Source: Hormoscilla sp. (GTDB lineage: Bacteria; Cyanobacteriota; Cyanobacteriia; Cyanobacteriales; Desertifilaceae). From it: a stretch of DNA of 64,000 nucleotides. The stretch covers positions 1 through 64,000 of the forward strand of contig JBFRWI010000132.1 in NCBI GenBank assembly GCA_051439505.1, given 5' to 3'. The notes beneath the pieces were generated by a model, which was given only the letters and a program-made list of their open reading frames with translations, did not search any database and was not told the DNA's origin. Positions 54,271-63,806 of this stretch are shown here, in pieces. The position numbers were made by a program, and so were the translations under genes. The first letter of the stretch is position 1. Each line of letters starts with the position of its first letter.

Positions 54271-56766
54271 GTGATTGTGACAGATATTCTCTGGATCCTA
54301 GCTTGTTCGGGCTTGGTCTTCCTGATGCAACCGGGATTTATGTGCCTGGAGTCAGGGCTAACCAGGTCGAAAAACAGCATCAATGTTGCTATCAAAAATA
54401 TGGCCGACTTTGGCGTTTCCGCCGCCTTATTTTGGGTGTTTGGTTATGCCCTGATGTTTGGACCCTCCCTCTGGGGGTGGATAGGATCGGCAGGATTTGT
54501 CTTACATATAGAGTCTAACTCAGAACTAGCAGCCTTCTTTTTATTCCAGGCGATGTTTTGCGGCACCGCTACCACTATAGTATCTGGCGCTGTGGCAGAG
54601 CGGATGAAGTTTGCTGCCTATCTGCTCGTCGCTGGTTTAGTTTCCAGTCTGATTTATCCCATATTCGGTCATTGGGTATGGAACGGGGCCCTGTCGGGCA
54701 GCTTGACTGGCTGGCTGGGAAAAATGGGCTTTGTAGATTTTGCTGGCTCCACCGTGGTTCATAGCGTTGGCGCATGGGTTTCCTTAGCTGCTTTGCTGGT
54801 GGTCGGACCCCGCGTGGGCCGCTTTACCTACTCGGGGCGATCGCGCAAGATCCACGGTTCTAACCTGCAGCTTGCTGTCTTGGGGGCAATGCTGCTGTGG
54901 ATCGGTTGGATGGGGTTTAACGGTGGCAGCACCCTGGCCTTAAACGAGCAGGTAACCAGCATTATCGTCAATACGATCCTGGCTGGGACAGCTGGCATGA
55001 TTACTGCCGCCGCGATCGGTTGGCATCAGCGCCAAATACCGGAAGTAGAAATGCTGATTAATGGGTCGATCTCGGGGCTAGTATCGATCACCGCTTCCTG
55101 TCATGCCGTGACCACCCCACTGGCGGTGATTATTGGAGCCATTGGCAGCGCGGTGATGCTGTTGGTGGCCTATTGGTTACAGCGCTATCGGATTGATGAT
55201 GCTGTCGATGCCGTGGCGGTTCACGGGGGAGCCGGTGTTTGGGGCACCTTGGCAGTCGCCTTGTTTGGTCAGCCGGAGTTACTCAACACCGGTCTCTCTC
55301 GGTTGGCCCAGCTAGGGGTGCAGCTGTTGGGAATTTTAGTTTGTTCCTGTTGGGCATTTTTATTGACATATTGCCTATTGTCTGTTATTGATAAATTCTT
55401 AGCTCTGCGGGTTTCTCCCCAAGAAGAAAAGATCGGTCTGAATATATCAGAGCATCGGGTTAAAGCGGAAATTTACGATCTTCTCCAAGTCATGGAAGAC
55501 CATGTAAAAACGCAAGATTTAAGCTTGCGGGTGCCCGTGGAACCCTTTACTGAGGTAGGGCAAATTGCTTCTCGTTATAACCAGGTGATGGATGCCCTAC
55601 AGTCAGCATTTACGGAAACACAAGCTGTTGTCCAAATGGCAACAGATGCGATTATTACCTTCAGCAAACCCTCAATCAAAATTATCACAGCTAACCCCAG
55701 TGCCTCCAGAATATTTGGGTATCATCTCAGTCGTTTAGTGGGGATGGATATCTCAGGATTGCTGATTTTGCCAACTGGGATTACGCCAAACAAACTGCTG
55801 CAATATTTATTGACACCAGGACGTCATGAAATAGCCGGGCGTCGTGCCACAGGTGAGCATTTTCCTCTGGAAGCTACCGTAACGGAAGTTTTGTTAGGCG
55901 ATCGCTCTTTCTACACGGGCACATTTCGCGACATCAGCGATCGCAAACTGGTAGAAGCGGAACTGGCCAGGGCACACGAAGAAATCTCTGCCCTCAGCCA
56001 GCGTCTGCAAGTGGAAAATATCCGCCTGACTGCCGAACTAGATATCACGCGCCAACTGCAACATATGCTATTACCCAAGGATTCCGAACTGGAACAAATT
56101 CCCGGGTTAGATATTGCTGGCTTTATGGAACCAGCTAATGAGGTAGGGGGCGACTACTACGACGTATTGCAGCACAATGGACGAGTCAAAATTGCCATTG
56201 GCGATGTCACGGGACATGGACTAGAGTCAGGGGTATTGATGATTATGGTGCAAACTGCTGTGCGGACTCTGCTGGAAAACAATGAAACCGATCCCGTGAA
56301 ATTCTTGTCTACCCTCAACCACACGATTTACGACAACGTCCAGCGAATTAATTCCGATAAAAACCTTACCCTCTGCTTGCTAGACTATCAGTCTGGCAGA
56401 CTGCATTTGAGCGGACAGCATGAAGCGCTGATTGTGGTGCGATCGGGCGAAAAGGTAGAACTGATTGATACAATAGATTTAGGCTTTCCCATTGGACTGG
56501 AAGCAGACATTACTGATTTCATCGCCTCTGCTGAGGTGCAGTTACACCCAGGAAATGTGGTGGTGCTGTATACTGATGGGATTACCGAAGCAGAAGATAT
56601 TCATAAAGTCCAATATGGACTAGAGAGGTTATGTGAAGTGGTCCAGCAAAACTGGCTGCGATCGGCTGCCAAAATCAGGCAAGCGGTTATTGATGACGTG
56701 CGATCGCATATCGGCCAGCAAAAGGTATATGATGATATTACCTTGGTAGTAATTAAGCAAAAGTGA
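54271..56766 (+). CDS. Ammonium transporter (Amt) domain fused to PAS and SpoIIE/PP2C phosphatase
   Basis: LMQPGF..LESG, SGAVAER, DFAGSTVVH, GFNGGS, DDAVDAVAVHG; PAS NPSASRIFGY...FRDISDRK; PP2C motifs intact. Confidence 0.93.
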   Translation: MIVTDILWILACSGLVFLMQPGFMCLESGLTRSKNSINVAIKNMADFGVSAALFWVFGYALMFGPSLWGWIGSAGFVLHIESNSELAAFFLFQAMFCGTATTIVSGAVAERMKFAAYLLVAGLVSSLIYPIFGHWVWNGALSGSLTGWLGKMGFVDFAGSTVVHSVGAWVSLAALLVVGPRVGRFTYSGRSRKIHGSNLQLAVLGAMLLWIGWMGFNGGSTLALNEQVTSIIVNTILAGTAGMITAAAIGWHQRQIPEVEMLINGSISGLVSITASCHAVTTPLAVIIGAIGSAVMLLVAYWLQRYRIDDAVDAVAVHGGAGVWGTLAVALFGQPELLNTGLSRLAQLGVQLLGILVCSCWAFLLTYCLLSVIDKFLALRVSPQEEKIGLNISEHRVKAEIYDLLQVMEDHVKTQDLSLRVPVEPFTEVGQIASRYNQVMDALQSAFTETQAVVQMATDAIITFSKPSIKIITANPSASRIFGYHLSRLVGMDISGLLILPTGITPNKLLQYLLTPGRHEIAGRRATGEHFPLEATVTEVLLGDRSFYTGTFRDISDRKLVEAELARAHEEISALSQRLQVENIRLTAELDITRQLQHMLLPKDSELEQIPGLDIAGFMEPANEVGGDYYDVLQHNGRVKIAIGDVTGHGLESGVLMIMVQTAVRTLLENNETDPVKFLSTLNHTIYDNVQRINSDKNLTLCLLDYQSGRLHLSGQHEALIVVRSGEKVELIDTIDLGFPIGLEADITDFIASAEVQLHPGNVVVLYTDGITEAEDIHKVQYGLERLCEVVQQNWLRSAAKIRQAVIDDVRSHIGQQKVYDDITLVVIKQK

Positions 56767-56983
56767 CCCGATCGACTGCTATGATATAAATTTGATTTGC
56801 ATAACCGGGGCCAAGCCCCACGCGACTGCTGCCGACTTCAACTGACAAAAAATCAGGGCGAATTTATCACCCTCTTGATGGGTAATTTGACAATAGTGCT
56901 AGCTCTCAGTTATAATAAAAAGTAGGGTGGGCACCGCCCACCAGCACCGCCCACCAGTAGCTATACTCATCGCATCATCAACA

Positions 56984-57451
56984 ATGAACAATCTCGCGAA
57001 CAGTCCCGATATCGCCCATATATCGAAACTCAAGCAATTGTCGATCGGGCTTCCGGAGAAAATCCCATACATGAGGATGCTAGTATTGTTTGGTTCGAGG
57101 GCCAGGGGCGATACCCATGCCAAAAGTGATTGGGACTTTGCCGCAGTTTACGATGAAGAAATTCGTTATCTTCAGATTAAAGATAATGGTTTTCGCTGGT
57201 TTGAAGTGCCGCATTTGCTGGGGGAAGCTTTTGCACTCAATCCAGATATGATTGATGTCGTAGATTTAAATAAATGCTCGTCACTGATGGCCCATTATGT
57301 AGCACGTGATAGTATCCTATTATATGAAAAGGATGCGGGTCTCTTTGATGGTTTTCGGTCAAGGGCCTTAAAAAGTGATGCCGAACTGAACGCCATTCGC
57401 AAGGCCCTTAGAGAACAAGTTGAACAAAATTTACAAAGGTGGGGTGTATGA
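56984..57451 (+). CDS. MNT minimal nucleotidyltransferase antitoxin
   Basis: LFGSRARGD..KSDWD (GSx10DxD); start taken at the ATG at 56984. Confidence 0.88.
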   Translation: MNNLANSPDIAHISKLKQLSIGLPEKIPYMRMLVLFGSRARGDTHAKSDWDFAAVYDEEIRYLQIKDNGFRWFEVPHLLGEAFALNPDMIDVVDLNKCSSLMAHYVARDSILLYEKDAGLFDGFRSRALKSDAELNAIRKALREQVEQNLQRWGV

Positions 57452-57879
57452 CTGAAATTGATCCGGATATTGTTATAAATAAGCTAGTTTTTTTAGATAA
57501 ATATCTCAAAAAATTAGCTGACTTTGAGGATTTCAATCTGTCGGAGTATCTCAAGGATTTCAATCAGCAGTTAGTTGTAGAAAGACTGCTACAGTTAACC
57601 ATTCAAGTGGCGCTAGATATCAATAGATATTTACTCAAGCAACTTGAAATAGAGCAGCCCGAGAGTAATTTTGCAACATTTATAGAGGTTGGCAACTGTG
57701 GAATCATTACACCGGAGTTAGCAAAAGTATTAGCCCCTTCGGGAAGTTTACGTAATCGACTGGTTCATCTTTACGAAGAAATAGATCCGATGCGAGTACA
57801 TACCGATATTAATATAGCGTTGCAATATTATCCAATTTATCAAAGACAGGTGACAATTTACTTAGATTCGTTAGAATAG
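57448..57879 (+). CDS. HEPN (DUF86/HepT-like) RNase toxin
   Basis: RNRLVHLY (Rx4HxY); ATGA overlap with the MNT gene. Confidence 0.9.
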   Translation: MTEIDPDIVINKLVFLDKYLKKLADFEDFNLSEYLKDFNQQLVVERLLQLTIQVALDINRYLLKQLEIEQPESNFATFIEVGNCGIITPELAKVLAPSGSLRNRLVHLYEEIDPMRVHTDINIALQYYPIYQRQVTIYLDSLE

Positions 57880-58001
57880 GCTAATACCATTTTTGTAAAT
57901 ATCCCAGGTAGAACCTGGGAACGAAAGAATTTAGCCCGCGCAGGCGGGCTTTGTTTGTGTAGCCGGACCCTTTAGGGTTCGGGCGGGCGAGGCAGATTAC
58001 A

Positions 58002-59504
58002 TTAAAAGATTCCTCGGGCAGTATTCTCCACAAGATAGCCCTTCGATGCAATGAGATTAAGCCCCATCAAATCCCCTGGCTGAAGCTTTGGCAACTGCTG
58101 CACGAGGTCGAGAAAATTATCCTGTTCTTGACTGTCGATGATTCCTTCAGTCAAGGTCTTGAACTTGTTGATATAATCAGGTCGCTGAAACGGTCGCGCA
58201 CCATAGGAATGTGCATTTGCTACCGCTAGTTGGTCTTCCAGCTTAGAACCATCAGTAAATAAGACCTCAACCCGTGCCCCAAAGGCTCGTTCTTTGGGAT
58301 CCCGACTGTGATAGCGTCGCGTCCATTCGGGATCTTCCAGCGTGCGGACCTTCTGCCAAAGGCGAACCGTATCTTCCCGCTGGGCCCGTTCGGGGGTATA
58401 AGAATCAAAGTGATGCCAGCGTCCGTCTTGCAGGGCCACCGCAAAGATGTACATAATCGAATGATCTAGGGTTTCCCGGGTGGCCTTGGGGTTCATCTTC
58501 TGGGGATCCCCCGAACCCGTACCGATGACATAATGGGTTTGATGGCTGCCGTGAATCACTATTTCCTTAATCTTCTCGAAGTCGTCAATTTTTTCTCCTA
58601 GGCGAAATGCTAAATCGATCAGTCCTTGGGCTTGATACTCCGCAGAATGTTCCTTGGTGTAAGATTCCAGAATTGCTCGCTTGGGTTCCCCAGGTTCCGG
58701 GAGTGGCACCTCATATAGCGCATCTGGTCCGCTTAAAATCCAAGCAATAATACTGTCTTCCCCTTCGTAAATTGGTGATGGGGAACCCTCTCCCCGCATG
58801 CAGCGATCGACCGCTTCCAGCCCATTCTTGCCAGCATAGGCGGGGGCATAGGCTTTCCAGCTAGATATGTCCGCCTTGCGAGATTGTCGGGTGGTAATTG
58901 TCGTGTGGGCCGCCTGCTGAACGGCTTGGTAGATCGTTTCGGTATCCAGTCCTAACAGGGTGCCGATCGCCGCAGCTGCCGATGGTCCCAAATGAGCAAT
59001 ATGGTCGATCTTGTGCTCGTGAAGACAAATTCCTTTCACCAGATCGATCTGAATTTCATAGCCCGTAGCAATACCGCGAATCAGATCGGCTCCACTACAA
59101 CCGCATTGTTGAGCTGCTGCGATAATGGAGGGAATATTATCCCCCGGATGGGAGTAATCAGCAGCATGGAAAGTGTCGTGAAAGTCCAGTTCCCGTACAG
59201 CCACACTATTGGCCCAGGCTGCCCATTCTGCACATACTTTTGTTTCTGGGGGAACGCCAAATATTGTCGCACCACCACTGCGTAAATGAGCTAAGGCTTG
59301 AGCCCGGGCCGTTTGGACTGAATGATAGTTCAATGCCGCACATGCTGCTGCGGCATTGTCGATGATGCGGTTGATAATCATTTCCACAACGTCGGAGTCA
59401 ACCGCCACGGTATCTGATGCCACGGCGGCAATTTTCCAGGCCAACTGCTCTTCCCGGGGCAGGTATTCTTTAGAGGGATAGGTTCGGACTTGATTAATTT
59501 TCAT
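58002..59504 (-). CDS. prpD: MmgE/PrpD family protein (2-methylcitrate dehydratase-like)
   Basis: [50 protein letters not shown]. Confidence 0.85.
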   Translation of the reverse strand: MKINQVRTYPSKEYLPREEQLAWKIAAVASDTVAVDSDVVEMIINRIIDNAAAACAALNYHSVQTARAQALAHLRSGGATIFGVPPETKVCAEWAAWANSVAVRELDFHDTFHAADYSHPGDNIPSIIAAAQQCGCSGADLIRGIATGYEIQIDLVKGICLHEHKIDHIAHLGPSAAAAIGTLLGLDTETIYQAVQQAAHTTITTRQSRKADISSWKAYAPAYAGKNGLEAVDRCMRGEGSPSPIYEGEDSIIAWILSGPDALYEVPLPEPGEPKRAILESYTKEHSAEYQAQGLIDLAFRLGEKIDDFEKIKEIVIHGSHQTHYVIGTGSGDPQKMNPKATRETLDHSIMYIFAVALQDGRWHHFDSYTPERAQREDTVRLWQKVRTLEDPEWTRRYHSRDPKERAFGARVEVLFTDGSKLEDQLAVANAHSYGARPFQRPDYINKFKTLTEGIIDSQEQDNFLDLVQQLPKLQPGDLMGLNLIASKGYLVENTARGIF

Positions 59505-59529
59505 GCTTTTTTCGGCTGTGGAAGTCTGA

Positions 59530-59572
59530 GAATTGAAAATTGAAAATTGAAAATTGAGAATGGAGAATTGAG
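59530..59572. repeat. Heptamer repeat (gaRaatt) about x6
   Basis: Read directly. Confidence 0.7.
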
Positions 59573-59684
59573 CTATTTTCCTTTCGACCTTCGCCCGACC
59601 TTAGCAATTATTCATATTTATTGCTAAGATGAAAAGTGAGATTATCCCATCCTCATCTTAATCCTCACATTCTTATTCAACGGG

Positions 59685-60437
59685 TTAGTATCGCAATGCA
59701 CCGCCGTTGATGTGAAGAGTTTGACCCGTAATGAAACTTGCTGCATCCGAGGCTAAAAAGACGCACATCTTGGCGATCTCTTCGGGTAGTCCCAAGCGTC
59801 CTTGGGGGACCATGGCAATTCGTTTTACCGTTTTTTCATCTGTGGAGGTTCCGAGGGTCGTATCTATGAGTCCTGGAACAATATGATTGACTGTAATTTT
59901 TTGTTTGGCTAATTCCACCGCTAAAGCTCTCGTCAGGCCGAGTGCTCCCATTTTCGAGGCGCAGACGTGAGACCATTCGGTACGACCGATGAAGGCATTG
60001 AGTCCCGATACATTAATAATCCGACCCCAGCCAGTAGCTATCATACTGGGCACGACGGCTCGACAACAGAAAAAGGGACCGTCCAAGTTGCCCGCCAGGA
60101 CGCTGCGCCACTCCTCTGTCGTCATCTCGGTTATCGGGCTCGATCGCCGCAGTCCGGTATTATTCACCAGAATATCAATTCGACCAAACTCTTCCAATAC
60201 CCGTGCTACCATAGCCTGAACTTGGCTTTCATCACCGACATCAGCCAGTAGGGGGATGGCCTTTACTCCTAATGCTTCCACCTCCTTTGCCGTAGATTCC
60301 GCTTCTTCGGCACTGGTGCGGGCATTGACCACCACATCAGCACCTTGCCCTGCCAGTTCCAGGGCGATCGCGCGACCGATATTCCGGCTGGAGCCAGTCA
60401 CTAGCGCTACTTTCCCCTGTAAATCTCTTTGAGTCAT
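59685..60437 (-). CDS. Short-chain dehydrogenase/reductase (FabG-like)
   Basis: TGSSRNIG, DILVNN, HIVPG, FITGQTLHING; start moved to the ATG at 60437. Confidence 0.9.
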   Translation of the reverse strand: MTQRDLQGKVALVTGSSRNIGRAIALELAGQGADVVVNARTSAEEAESTAKEVEALGVKAIPLLADVGDESQVQAMVARVLEEFGRIDILVNNTGLRRSSPITEMTTEEWRSVLAGNLDGPFFCCRAVVPSMIATGWGRIINVSGLNAFIGRTEWSHVCASKMGALGLTRALAVELAKQKITVNHIVPGLIDTTLGTSTDEKTVKRIAMVPQGRLGLPEEIAKMCVFLASDAASFITGQTLHINGGALRY

Positions 60438-60572
60438 ACTTAAATCCCTAAAACTTTTCCTTTTACTGTCGCTGATTTTTTCCCTTCTGACAACTGACAA
60501 CTATCAACTGACAACTGGCAACTTTGAATGGTGGGCGGTGCCCACCCTACCAATCCCCAATCGAAGCCCTCC

Positions 60573-61565
60573 TCAGCTATCTTTAATGGGGGAGATGGCG
60601 AGATAACCCTGTCTCAAGTATTTCTTAATTTTTTTATCTGCTGCCTTAAAAGCTGGCATCCCTTTGTACTCACCTGCCACTACATGAGCATTTGTCTCCG
60701 CCGTTCCCAGAAATGACTCCATTGTTGCCAGGTATTCCTCTATTTCTGAGAGTCTCGGTGAATAGACCTTATTTATGAATTCCAACTGTTTTGGGTTGAT
60801 GGACTTTTTCCCCGTGAACCCAAATATATTACAGGAAAGCAGGGCCTCGTTGCGAGCCTTCTCTGGATCGTTAAATTTTGCCGAAACGCTGTCAAATAGA
60901 TCCAGCCCGTATTTCTTACCTGTCATAGTAATGATACCTAGAATTTGCTGAAACAGGGGACTTTCACAAGTAGAGATTCGCTCCACACCCAGATCTGTAG
61001 ACATATCCCCTATGCTAAAACCCAGGCCATCCCGTCCTCTTCTGAGAACCTTGGCAATCTCCTCTATTGCCTGTAAACCGGCTATCGTTTCTATAGAAAC
61101 GATATAATTCTTATCTTCTCCAATCGTTTCCATGAGTCGTGCAATCTCATGACCTGATTCCCCCTTAGCGATGGTAACTGCATCAAAAGGAAACTGGGCG
61201 ATCGCCTTAATATCCTCTTCTAGCTCCTGAGGGTCTCCAGAATTTATTCTCACTATATACTCTACCGGTCCTGGTTTCGGCGGGATTTGGGAAATGCTCT
61301 CCCGCGCGACTTTTTTGAGATCGTAAGGGATGCTGTCCTCTAAATCCCAGATAATCCCATCTGCTGGGATTTCATTGTTTGCCACTTTTTCTCGGAATCG
61401 CGGCTTATTCAGAGGCACGAACAGATGAGACCGTCGTTTGAACTCAGTGCAGAACTCCCTGTCCGAGCAGTAGCCCTCTATATACCCATATAGCTTTTCC
61501 GATATTTCCAAGGGCCTCCTCTGCTCTGCCTCTGCCAGTACACAATCAAGCTCTAATTTTCCCAT
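60573..61565 (-). CDS. HpcH/HpaI aldolase / citrate lyase beta (CitE-like) family protein
   Basis: RRSHLFVP, DLEDSI, VRIN, IET..GL, GFTGKKSINPKQ. Confidence 0.82.
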   Translation of the reverse strand: MGKLELDCVLAEAEQRRPLEISEKLYGYIEGYCSDREFCTEFKRRSHLFVPLNKPRFREKVANNEIPADGIIWDLEDSIPYDLKKVARESISQIPPKPGPVEYIVRINSGDPQELEEDIKAIAQFPFDAVTIAKGESGHEIARLMETIGEDKNYIVSIETIAGLQAIEEIAKVLRRGRDGLGFSIGDMSTDLGVERISTCESPLFQQILGIITMTGKKYGLDLFDSVSAKFNDPEKARNEALLSCNIFGFTGKKSINPKQLEFINKVYSPRLSEIEEYLATMESFLGTAETNAHVVAGEYKGMPAFKAADKKIKKYLRQGYLAISPIKDS

Positions 61566-61873
61566 AACTTCTTTGGATCTACATTTTGTGAATTATACTA
61601 TACCGCTTCCTCTACCGCTGAAAGCATCTGTGTCCCCAGGTTTTTCCTGGGAGCGCCAATCGCACTACCGGTGGAGAAACCTCGTCCTAGTAGCACAACG
61701 GTACCCGTGCATGGTCCGGCTACAGGTTCCATACCCGCCAGCACCGGCTAGATGACAAAAGTGCAGTGTACCCCATACTCTACCATAGCGGCTGGAACCA
61801 GGGTAATAATTTTGCGCATTGCACTTCGACAGGATTAAACTGAAGCCACGCGCAGTTGTTGTTAATGACTTGT

Positions 61874-61915
61874 AACAACTGACAACTGACAACTGACAGC
61901 TGACAACTGACAACT
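61874..61915. repeat. Heptamer tandem repeat (acaactg) about x6
   Basis: Read directly; the same unit occurs at about 60489-60520. Confidence 0.85.
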
Positions 61916-61987
61916 TAATTGAGCATTGTCGAATATAATCGATAAATCTCGAAAAGTCAAGCCCTTAGTAAACAGGATTGAGCAGAC

Positions 61988-63106
61988 ATGCACATAGATG
62001 GTAAGTATCTTATATCGATCTGGCAGAAAATTAGAGGGCTAGTAGAGCCATTAGTCCTGGCGGTAGGCGCTGGCTTCCTGTCTAAGTGGATTGGGATTCC
62101 TGTAGCATGGCTAGTAGCGCCTTTGGTGGTGGGCATTGCTTATGCCTTTATTCAAGGTAGTCCCAAACCGATCCCTAAGAGTGCGATCACGGTTGGTAAA
62201 GCAATTATCGGCATTTCTTCTGCGGCTCGCTTCTCCCCAGATACGCTAATGCTAGCAAAGGAATATGCAGTGCCTCTGCTGTTGTGCATTTTGATAACGG
62301 GTGGCTTGAGTATGCTGAATGGTTACCTACTGTGGAAATGGACTGGGCTCGATCGCATGACAAGTTTTTTAGGGTCTATTCCGGGCTCTTCTTCTAACAT
62401 AGTGGCAATGTGTGAAGAGTTTGGCGCCGATGCCATGTCAGTGGCAGTGCTTCAGTATTACCGGATGATGTTTGTGGTTTTATTCGTACCCACAATAGCA
62501 AGATTTCTGTCTCCCACTGCTGCCGCAAACACAACGGCTACCTTGTTGCCGACAGCAGTTAACGAGCATCCAATTCCCATGTATGTGAATTTACTCGTCT
62601 TGGCGGCATGTTGTGGCTTAGGAATTTTACTAGGCAAGTGGCTGAAGCTGCCGACAACAGGATTTTTAGGTTCTTTTCTGCTGGGACTGTTGGTGTTCTG
62701 GAGTTTGCCCTACTCGTTTCACGTACCGCGATGGCTGTTTAATATCGGACTGCTTTTGGTGGGAATATCGGTCGGTCTGAAGTTTGACGATCGGGCAGTC
62801 CGCAAGCTTGGGAAAGCAGTGTTGCTCGAAGTTATTCTTGTGCTCGTACTGATGCTGTGTTGTGTTGGGATCGGCTATGAATTTCATCTGATAACTAAAG
62901 TCGATACAATGACGGCACTTCTAGGTTTTGTACCCGGAGGCATAGAGGCTATGATTGCGACAGTCACTGAGTTAGGAGGAGACACCGGTATGGCTTTGTC
63001 GATCCAGTTAACGCGGCAGATGTTGATTTTATTAGCCATTAATCTTTTGAACGTCTCGATCAATTTGACAAGAGGTAAAATGACTGAGATCGGTGAGGAA
63101 AGCTGA
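61988..63106 (+). CDS. AbrB-family (membrane duplication) protein
   Basis: About 10 TM segments in two homologous halves (GSIPG.. / GFVPGGIEAM, QYYR / QLTR). Confidence 0.8.
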   Translation: MHIDGKYLISIWQKIRGLVEPLVLAVGAGFLSKWIGIPVAWLVAPLVVGIAYAFIQGSPKPIPKSAITVGKAIIGISSAARFSPDTLMLAKEYAVPLLLCILITGGLSMLNGYLLWKWTGLDRMTSFLGSIPGSSSNIVAMCEEFGADAMSVAVLQYYRMMFVVLFVPTIARFLSPTAAANTTATLLPTAVNEHPIPMYVNLLVLAACCGLGILLGKWLKLPTTGFLGSFLLGLLVFWSLPYSFHVPRWLFNIGLLLVGISVGLKFDDRAVRKLGKAVLLEVILVLVLMLCCVGIGYEFHLITKVDTMTALLGFVPGGIEAMIATVTELGGDTGMALSIQLTRQMLILLAINLLNVSINLTRGKMTEIGEES

Positions 63107-63144
63107 GAATGGATAACCAGGATGTTTGGCATTTGTAAATGTTG

Positions 63145-63804
63145 TCACAGGGGTTGAAGACTGTCAGCAAGGGTAGCAACAGCGGCATCAACATTATTGC
63201 GCCCGGTTTCAGTAGCCGAAATCAACAGCATGAGTATATCCTGCTGTGGCTGACTGACGAAAATCATCCCACCCATTGGCTGAGTATTGCCCCCCATAGT
63301 TAAGCTACCAGTCCAGGGAATTAGCACCCTTCCCGACCCCAAAGCTCGAAAGCGATCGGGGATAAATCCCTCGCCGCGCCCGAAAGTATCGATCGCGATC
63401 TGTGCCAGAGTAGCAGCAGTCAAAGATCTGCTACTGCTGCGCGATCGCACCAGGACAGTATAGGCCAAATTCCCATCAGGGGATGAAAATAAAGGAGAAG
63501 TACCAACCGCACTGACCTGATATCCTTCCAGAATACCTACTTGAAAGCGTCCGGCAGGGTCTTGATAAGTGAGTCCCAAAGATAAAGATGCCGTCGGCGT
63601 TGTCGCCAATGCTGCTGCGAGTATTTTATTGTCGCAAAGCGTTTCCCCGTGAAAGCCCGCGCAGGCGGGCTTCGTCCTTGTCGCCCCACCCTTGAGGGTG
63701 GGGGTGTGGGTGGAAATGGTTGTCTGGTAAAACGGCGACCAGATAATCAGAACCAGGGCGGTCAGCAACATCAAACCAACTAGCCAAAAGCGATTACGTT
63801 TCAT
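63145..63804 (-). CDS. Hypothetical exported protein
   Basis: Signal-peptide-like N-terminus; YQDPAGRFQVGILEGY domain. Confidence 0.7.
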   Translation of the reverse strand: MKRNRFWLVGLMLLTALVLIIWSPFYQTTISTHTPTLKGGATRTKPACAGFHGETLCDNKILAAALATTPTASLSLGLTYQDPAGRFQVGILEGYQVSAVGTSPLFSSPDGNLAYTVLVRSRSSSRSLTAATLAQIAIDTFGRGEGFIPDRFRALGSGRVLIPWTGSLTMGGNTQPMGGMIFVSQPQQDILMLLISATETGRNNVDAAVATLADSLQPL

Positions 63805-63806
63805 AT

